DNA of 64,000 nucleotides from an uncultured Veillonellaceae bacterium (GTDB taxonomy: Bacteria; Bacillota; Negativicutes; JARBTT01), in contig CAWDTA010000001.1 of the NCBI GenBank assembly GCA_963805085.1, forward strand, positions 288,001 through 352,000, in the 5' to 3' direction. The notes below the pieces were generated by a model. That model did not search any database and had not been told where the DNA came from. It worked only from the letters and a program-made list of their open reading frames with translations. The translations under genes were made by a program, and so were the position numbers. This document shows, in pieces, positions 57,382 through 64,000 of this stretch (its first letter is position 1; each line of letters opens with the position of its first letter).

Positions 57382-59783
57382 GAAATGTAATCATTCAAAA
57401 TTTTCGTGGTTTTGGAGATGAAATTAATTTTGATTTTGAGGATAAATCTCTTGTTTTGTTTACTGCGCCGAATGGAAAGGGAAAAACGTCATTGTTAGAT
57501 GCTATAGAGTGGTGTTTGACAGGGAGTGTACAGCGATTATTATCTTCATATAATGACCGGAATTCTTCTACAAAAGAACAGGAGATGAAGACAAACCAAG
57601 AGACCATTTTAAAAAATAAAGAGCATTTATTGGAAGATACTATAGTCGAAATGGAGATTGAATTTAAGGGGAATATCTACTCCATAAAACGTATACAAGA
57701 TAAAGATACATTGGATGATGCAGGAAATGTGATTGTGCTTGATGAAAATAAAAATGAAGATAAATATTTATTAGATTGTTTATTAAATAGTGACAATTTT
57801 TATAAATATCATGTCTGCGATATGCAAAAAACATATAGATTTCTAAGTAATGGACGAGAAGATATGAATAATGAATTTTCAGATTTTCTATCCAACCATA
57901 TGGGGGCCGAGAATGTAGTTGCTAATCTTAAGCTTTATTGTGATGATATTGTAGAACGAATCAAATTAGAAGAATTGAAAAAAGTTTCCTCAGAAACATT
58001 GGAAGGCTATCGGGTTGCGCTTAATAAGTATGAAAATTCTCCAGAAATCCAAATATATAGTGAAGAAAAACTGTACTTGGATGAAAATACCGATGTGAAA
58101 AATATGAATGTTGAACAGTTGAATCATCAGTTGAGGGAGTTATATTCATGCGGTTTTATAAGAGCAGCTTCATTGTTAGAGCAACGGGTAAAGAGTGCGA
58201 AAACAGAAAAACTAAGACAAGAATTGAAAGAACTTGAAAAAGAAGTTTCTGAAAATTATACGTACATAAAAGAGGCCATTAAAAGCCATGCGAATGATGC
58301 TTCTGTTCGTAATACAGCTGAGGCCGAAGTGGCTAAACGAAAGGGTATTAATCTAAATGCTCGTAATTTGGTTGGTAATAGTGATGAACTAATTAAATTT
58401 AGAAATGACCACTTCACTAAAGAATATTGGGAAGAGAGTAATAAAAAGTATGAGGTTCTAAAAAAATCTATTACTGATTTGGAATCAGAAATTAGTACGC
58501 TACAAAAAGGAAATAAAATCTTAGATGTCTTGACCGCCATTACAGCTGGGAAAGAAGGCATAATTTTATATCGTGACGAATTACGAAAAACGGTAAAAAA
58601 AGTATATTGTCCTGTTTGTGGATCAGAACGATTTGGTATTATAGATAATGATGCTATGACCCAGAAAGCTCAGAACTATCAGGCAGAATATAAAGAGTTG
58701 TTGGAGAAGAAAAAGAAACAACAGCAATTGCTGAAAGACCAGGGAAGGAACATCATTGACGAGCAGTTAAAACGTGGAAATCTTGCACTGACAGAGTCTA
58801 TGGAAGCAGCTCAGAAAAAAGTAGATTTTCTGACACAGTTATATAATAAAACAAAATCATATTTTGCGAGTGTAAAAAAATTGCAAAACATTGATAAAGA
58901 TACTTATGCGCAAGAAAAAATGCTTTCACTAAAAAATATAGCAGAAGCCATAAATGAAAATAATAAGAATATACTTTCAGATGAAGAAAAAAAATCTATA
59001 GAAATGGAGATGAAAAACCTATTTACATTATTGAATTATGCCTATGATGAAGGTATAGAAATAAGCGGAATTTTACAGGAGATTAACACTAGAATTGTTA
59101 TATCGGCAGAAAGTGTACACTATGATAAGGATTTGTTAAAAAAGAAAATAAGTTCTATTCGTAGCTATATTAATAATATAGAATTTCTAAATGTGTCCGA
59201 TAAGCTAAAAAAAGCACAAGCAAAAAATAAAGTCCAGGAAGAAAAAATTAAAAAATTAGAGGAGCTATCCAAAAGAGCTAAGGATCATAGAGCAAAGATA
59301 AATGGTATGCTTAAGGATATTAAAGTTAATGAATATAAACAGGTAGGTCCTTATTTGTATAAGATTTTCCGAAAGCTATCTAGAGATATCAAGATATCCT
59401 CCTTTCAGCTAAGTGGAAGTGGTAGCAAGTTTCTGTCATTAACAGAGGAGAATGGAAAATCGATACTAAATATGTTTAGTGATGGACAACTCAGCGTATT
59501 TATGCTTTCGTATTTCTTAGGTAATATATTGAGATTAAAAGGAAGTGAAGTATTTCCTGTTTATTTCATAGATGATATTACTGGCTGCATGGACGATATT
59601 AATATGTTGGCATTTTTGGATCTGATAAAGTATCAACTTTCCAATGTTGATGGAGTATTTCAACAGTTATTTTTTGCTACTTGCGATAATCGTATTCGAG
59701 ATTTGCTTTGTTGGAAAATGGATAGCTGTGGTATAGAGTATAAACAGCTGGGAATTAAAGAATTTGAAGCTAATTCTTTATAA
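57369..59783 (+). CDS. SMC/Rad50-like ABC ATPase
   Basis: IQNFRGF, Walker A APNGKGKT, coiled coil with CPVCG zinc hook, FSDGQ signature, Walker B YFIDD. Confidence 0.85.
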   Translation: MAAIRNVIIQNFRGFGDEINFDFEDKSLVLFTAPNGKGKTSLLDAIEWCLTGSVQRLLSSYNDRNSSTKEQEMKTNQETILKNKEHLLEDTIVEMEIEFKGNIYSIKRIQDKDTLDDAGNVIVLDENKNEDKYLLDCLLNSDNFYKYHVCDMQKTYRFLSNGREDMNNEFSDFLSNHMGAENVVANLKLYCDDIVERIKLEELKKVSSETLEGYRVALNKYENSPEIQIYSEEKLYLDENTDVKNMNVEQLNHQLRELYSCGFIRAASLLEQRVKSAKTEKLRQELKELEKEVSENYTYIKEAIKSHANDASVRNTAEAEVAKRKGINLNARNLVGNSDELIKFRNDHFTKEYWEESNKKYEVLKKSITDLESEISTLQKGNKILDVLTAITAGKEGIILYRDELRKTVKKVYCPVCGSERFGIIDNDAMTQKAQNYQAEYKELLEKKKKQQQLLKDQGRNIIDEQLKRGNLALTESMEAAQKKVDFLTQLYNKTKSYFASVKKLQNIDKDTYAQEKMLSLKNIAEAINENNKNILSDEEKKSIEMEMKNLFTLLNYAYDEGIEISGILQEINTRIVISAESVHYDKDLLKKKISSIRSYINNIEFLNVSDKLKKAQAKNKVQEEKIKKLEELSKRAKDHRAKINGMLKDIKVNEYKQVGPYLYKIFRKLSRDIKISSFQLSGSGSKFLSLTEENGKSILNMFSDGQLSVFMLSYFLGNILRLKGSEVFPVYFIDDITGCMDDINMLAFLDLIKYQLSNVDGVFQQLFFATCDNRIRDLLCWKMDSCGIEYKQLGIKEFEANSL

Positions 59784-59802
59784 AAGTGCCATGAATTAGT
59801 TT

Positions 59803-59883
59803 TAGACTGAGTGACGATTTGCAGTGCTATAATTAATAGACTGAGTGACGTCTAAAATACAAGGTGACGATTCTGTTTGTCTA
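59803..59883. repeat. Terminal cluster: two partial R sites and an inverted L site
   Basis: TAGACTGAGTGACG at 59803 and 59837; AATACAAGGTGACGATTCTGTTTGTCTA at 59856-59883. Confidence 0.85.
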
Positions 59884-59934
59884 CAAAAATAATCTACATA
59901 GCTTATTTAATCTTCATTCTGAGGAGGATACACT

Positions 59935-60513
59935 ATGAAAGTAATCATTAAAACACTTATATTTATAATGATGATAAGTTTTTCAAATTTAGCATTTGCA
60001 AGTGATTGGATTTATGCGGGGAGGTATGTTCTGAGTAACAATATCCCGATTGCTCCTTATACTGATCTTTTACTTATTAATCATTTAACTTCATACAGTA
60101 ATCGGACAATAGGTGAAAATAGTTATAGTCTCTATGACGTTTATTATATGCATGACCATGAGAGTGATACAGGGGATTCTGCAAAAGAGTACGACGATAG
60201 AAGTTTTCGCTTTCAAGCTAAGATTGTGCCACTAGATATTTACGGAAAGGTTATGGATTATAGTGGGACAAAGTCTGCTACAATTGTGTCAGATTTTGTT
60301 ATAGCAGCTAAAGGCGTATTTGGTATATCACCCAAGCAGCATAGAGTATATGATAGGAAAACGCATGAAATTCTTTTTGAAGCAACTGGAGCTATGGGTG
60401 GTCAGCAACTTTATAAAGATTCTGCTGCGGAGGATATACTGAAGCAGTCAGGTGACCATCCTGTTTTCCGCGGAGCTAGCGACAAGCTTAATGGAAGTGG
60501 TTATAATGATTAA
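59935..60513 (+). CDS. Hypothetical secreted protein
   Basis: GAGGAGG RBS, signal peptide ending AFA-SDW. Confidence 0.75.
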   Translation: MKVIIKTLIFIMMISFSNLAFASDWIYAGRYVLSNNIPIAPYTDLLLINHLTSYSNRTIGENSYSLYDVYYMHDHESDTGDSAKEYDDRSFRFQAKIVPLDIYGKVMDYSGTKSATIVSDFVIAAKGVFGISPKQHRVYDRKTHEILFEATGAMGGQQLYKDSAAEDILKQSGDHPVFRGASDKLNGSGYND

Positions 60514-61161
60514 ATAGAATATAAGTTAAAAGACAAAGTTCACATCACCTACCCCCTAAAAAAATACAACAAAAAAACATGATTTTTATCATAAAAAATC
60601 ATGTTTCATCTTATTTTTACTTGCAATCTCCAAGAAATGTAATATACTAATTATAGGTGGAAATTAAAAAAGTCGCCGTGTCCTGAGAGTGGTGGAACAC
60701 TCTCAGGCACGAGCAGGTGAACAGAGCACCTACACGTAACAGCTAGCTGTCTACGACGACAATTTATTATACCGTGCTTTGCCTTTGATTACAAGGGATA
60801 TAGTCTATTCATTCGGTATAATACGATTGGAGTTTTAGCAGGAGCTTAGCGTCTGCATGCAATCAAGATGAAGCATAGCGCATGTGTAGGTTGGATAAAC
60901 CCGCGCATGTGCTTTTTTAGTTTCCCCTGAAACAAACTGTATGCTGGTTTCTTCTATCTGCCAGTAGCGGCTAGAAGAAACCTCCTACAGGATGATGATG
61001 GGGGGAATATAAATTGGTATCAGTAAAGAAAAGTAAAAAGTTGTGGTCAAGGCAGCGGAGCAGCATATGGCGAGGAAGTCTCCTCGCCACATCCAGGGGT
61101 AGAGGTTCGTTCTATTTACAAGGGACAAGATTTGTTTTCTTGGGAAATAGAGGTTCTGTAA

Positions 61162-61488
61162 ATGTATAAAATCTATAGAACAGCAAAAGACACAATTATT
61201 GCGGAAGAAAAAGAGGACGCTGATTTTACAGTTAAACTCATTATAGATTTAGATTGCAAAGAATATGTGATGATCAAGTGGAAAGATGCAGTTAATATAT
61301 ATAATTTTTCGCTAGTTGGTCAGGTCACTGAAATAGCTGACGAAATTTCATACGAAGAGTATAGAGACCTTACCTATGCAAAATTAAAAAAGGAATCATT
61401 AGAGGAGGAAATCAAAGTCCCAAAGATGGATTATCCAAAGTCCGACTGGAAAGATTTTGCAGAAAAAGGCACAATTAGCAGTTCATGA
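61162..61488 (+). CDS. Hypothetical protein
   Basis: 108-aa acidic ORF with AGAGG RBS. Confidence 0.55.
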   Translation: MYKIYRTAKDTIIAEEKEDADFTVKLIIDLDCKEYVMIKWKDAVNIYNFSLVGQVTEIADEISYEEYRDLTYAKLKKESLEEEIKVPKMDYPKSDWKDFAEKGTISSS

Positions 61489-61668
61489 TACCTGCCAGTT
61501 TTGCCTTTTTACGGACAAATGAGACAATTTGTGGTATGTTAAGTCATTTGTCCAGCGGAACGTGAACCATGCTTCCGGTAAAAATGAGATGGAGTAGTAA
61601 AGTAAAGTCCCATGGCTGATAATATTTATCAATCATGGGACTTTATTTTTGCGTATGGAGTTAAAAAT

Positions 61669-62052
61669 TTATTTCTGATTATCATTATCGCGAATAGATT
61701 CATAGTTGCGTAAAAAAACAGGCGCAAGTTCAATAGGATGAGTTGCTTTATCATGATTGTAACTATCGATTAAAATTTTTGAGGTATTTGGATGATTAAA
61801 AAAAGCTTCTTCTGCGGAGAAAATATATTTTTCGTATTTAGGATTATCAGATCGTCCAACTAAATAATCTAAAGAGCAACAAAAATAATTAGCTAATATT
61901 AAAAGTTTTTCTAATGTTGGGTTAGAGTTGTCATTTTCATATGAAAAGACCATCCGTCGACTAATGCCAAGTTTTTTATAATTTTCAGCAGAAAGGCTAT
62001 GTAGAGAACGTAATAATTTAAATCTAACTGCAAATGTAGTCAAATAAATCAC
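61669..62052 (-). CDS. XRE-family HTH regulator
   Basis: SYENDNSNPTLEKLLILANYFCCSLDYLVGRSD. Confidence 0.8.
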   Translation of the reverse strand: MIYLTTFAVRFKLLRSLHSLSAENYKKLGISRRMVFSYENDNSNPTLEKLLILANYFCCSLDYLVGRSDNPKYEKYIFSAEEAFFNHPNTSKILIDSYNHDKATHPIELAPVFLRNYESIRDNDNQK

Positions 62053-62081
62053 GACCTTTTATAAAAAATTTGTAATACATA

Positions 62082-62143
62082 TTGACATGTGCGTTATATC
62101 GCACTATAATCAAATTAATGAAACTTAGTGCGATATAACGCAC
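62082..62143 (+). promoter_or_regulatory. Consensus sigmaA promoter with two palindromic operators
   Basis: TTGACA-17-TATAAT (62082-62110); GTGCGTTATATCGCAC (62089-62104) and its reverse complement (62128-62143). Confidence 0.8.
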
Positions 62144-62437
62144 TGAAGCGATGAAGGATTAACTATGAATCTGTTAAATGATTATGAATTAAATCGTGCG
62201 TTTTTCTAGAAAACATAAAATTATTAAAGAATATTTTGGGACAGTGCTAAGTGATAGATAACGTTTTAAAATCGTATAAAATATCTTTGCAGATTTTTGG
62301 TTACTTCTCAATAATTATGAATACCATCAAATTATTATATCACGAAGCTAAAACACTGAAAATGAAGATTTCTTAAGGCGAAAAGGGGCGAGGAGATTAG
62401 AAGTTAGATAAATGTTGTAGTAATCGTTGGATGAAAG

Positions 62438-62656
62438 TTATCTTCGTTCTTTAATATCACTTCTGCCAACTAAATAATCAAGTGATACATCAAAATAATC
62501 AGCAAGGATAACGAGAGTCGTTGCCGTTGGGATTACTTTGCCGTATTCATAGGATTGATAAACACGTTCCGCAATAGCGGTTTCTGTAGCGATTTGTTTT
62601 TGAGTTACTTTATTAAGTTTACGCAATTCTTTTAAACGTTCAGTGAATTTATTCAT
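62438..62656 (-). CDS. XRE-family HTH regulator
   Basis: FTERLKELRK..TQKQIA..YQSYEYG..LADYFDVSLDYLVGRSD. Confidence 0.88.
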   Translation of the reverse strand: MNKFTERLKELRKLNKVTQKQIATETAIAERVYQSYEYGKVIPTATTLVILADYFDVSLDYLVGRSDIKERR

Positions 62657-63368
62657 AGATAATCTCCTAAATTTTATTATTACACTTTACACGCTAAAAA
62701 TAGCGTGATATAATCTACTTACACGATACATATAGCGTATTTAATGAATTGAGTAATAGGGGAATAGTGATTTATAAAATACTATGTTTAGATATTTGTA
62801 TTTTATAGTTTAGTGAGTTCTTATAACGTGAATACATTGAGACTGCTATTCATTTTATAGAAAACACTCAGTGCTTTTTATATCACTAAGCTCGAATACT
62901 GAAAATGAAGGTTTGTTCCAGTTCTGTTTCATCTTCTTGAAAGAAATTCGTGAGGGGAAACATTCAGTAGAGTGCAGATCAACATGAATCATTTTATAGG
63001 AACCTTCGTTAATAACCTACAGGTAATAATTTTATTATAACGCTATTTAGTAATAAAATAAAAAAAATTAGAACGTAGAGGTGATAAAAGTGATCACGGG
63101 TAAAATTATAACATAGTTATACAGTGTTTTTGTAGCATAAAACGAAGAATATAATCAGAAAATTCTGTTAATAAAAGTAAGAGTTTATTTATTTTGGTTC
63201 GATGAAGGGTGAGGATATTGGTATGTTGTGTCGTTTGCACTTGATTTGATTGGGTACGGTGTGCTTGATCGGCTGGTAGAGGCAAAGACTTTGGAGGAGG
63301 TGAGGTTGGTCGTGGCTTTATACTGAACGAATCAAAAAGGAGGTGAGTGTATTCTGTTAAGTGAGTTA

Positions 63369-63794
63369 TTGACGAAAGCTACAATACGTCTGAACGTAAA
63401 GGTAAAAAATTGGGAAGAGGCTGTCCGGAAGGGCGGTGAGCTTTTAGTGCAGGAAGGCGCGGTGGAGCAAAGTTATGTGGATGCAATGGTACGTGCGGTA
63501 AAAGAACTGGGACCGTATATTGTGATTGCACCGGGTTTTGCTATGCCGCATGCAAAAGCGAAGGATGGGGTGAAGCAGATTGCCATGAGTTTATTGACAC
63601 TGGAAAGTCCTGTGAAATTTGGTAATCCGGACAATGATCCGGTTAAGGTGGTGATCTGTCTGGCGGCTGTCGATCACACGACGCATATTAAGGCAATGCG
63701 TGAGCTGGCAGTGCTTTTGAGTGACTCGGACAAAATGAGTCAAATCCAATCCACGAGGCAAGTGGAAGAAGTTTTAGCCTTAATACAGGCCTGA
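63369..63794 (+). CDS. PTS sugar transporter IIA (ascorbate/mannitol-fructose type)
   Basis: WEEAV, LGPYIVIAPGFAMPHA phospho-His motif, NDPV. Confidence 0.9.
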   Translation: MTKATIRLNVKVKNWEEAVRKGGELLVQEGAVEQSYVDAMVRAVKELGPYIVIAPGFAMPHAKAKDGVKQIAMSLLTLESPVKFGNPDNDPVKVVICLAAVDHTTHIKAMRELAVLLSDSDKMSQIQSTRQVEEVLALIQA

Positions 63795-63817
63795 AATGAT
63801 AAAAGGAGGTGTTTGCT

Positions 63818-64000
63818 ATGAACATTGTAACGGTTTGTGGGATGGGAATGGGTTCGAGTCTGGTTTTGAAGATGAATATAGACGATATTTTAAAACGAAA
63901 GGGAATCAAAGCGGATGTGGAAGCTTGTGATCTCGGTTCTCTGGTTGGGAAGGTCGCGGATATAGTTGTAACGACGTATGAATTGAAATTACAGGTGGAA
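63818..64000 (+). CDS. PTS IIB subunit (UlaB-like), runs off window
   Basis: MNIVTVCGMGMGSSL P-loop Cys motif after AGGAGG. Confidence 0.88.
   Translation, partial: MNIVTVCGMGMGSSLVLKMNIDDILKRKGIKADVEACDLGSLVGKVADIVVTTYELKLQVE

Overview
Low-GC Firmicute DNA, probably a spore-forming Negativicute (spore photoproduct lyase, sigmaH-like promoters, an OMP-like gene; inference). 1-22.3 kb is a nitrate-ammonification cluster: NIT-type chemoreceptor, NarK, Fnr, narGHJI (an intact-looking IS110 sits at the narJ/narI junction), ccmABCEF, nrfHA and a second nitrate transporter. From the 3' end of rlmD (23.7 kb) to about 59.9 kb lies a cassette-like array. A ~420-bp module (last ~230 bp of rlmD, terminator, sigmaH-like promoter, 28-bp 'L' site) recurs. 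Unrelated cargos sit between an L site and an inverted 'R' site (TAGACTGAGTGACGGTTCTNTTTGTCTA). Cargos are an MBL hydrolase, a 5,823-aa collagen-like protein, SplB, a type I toxin, a YhcG nuclease, a DUF4365-like protein, an empty slot and a Lamassu/ABC-3C-like operon. No dedicated integrase is visible, but a degenerate IS110 inserted in an L site has a putative bridge RNA whose target loop spells the L/R core. The window ends with XRE modules and a PTS operon. All calls come from reading the sequence; no searches were run.
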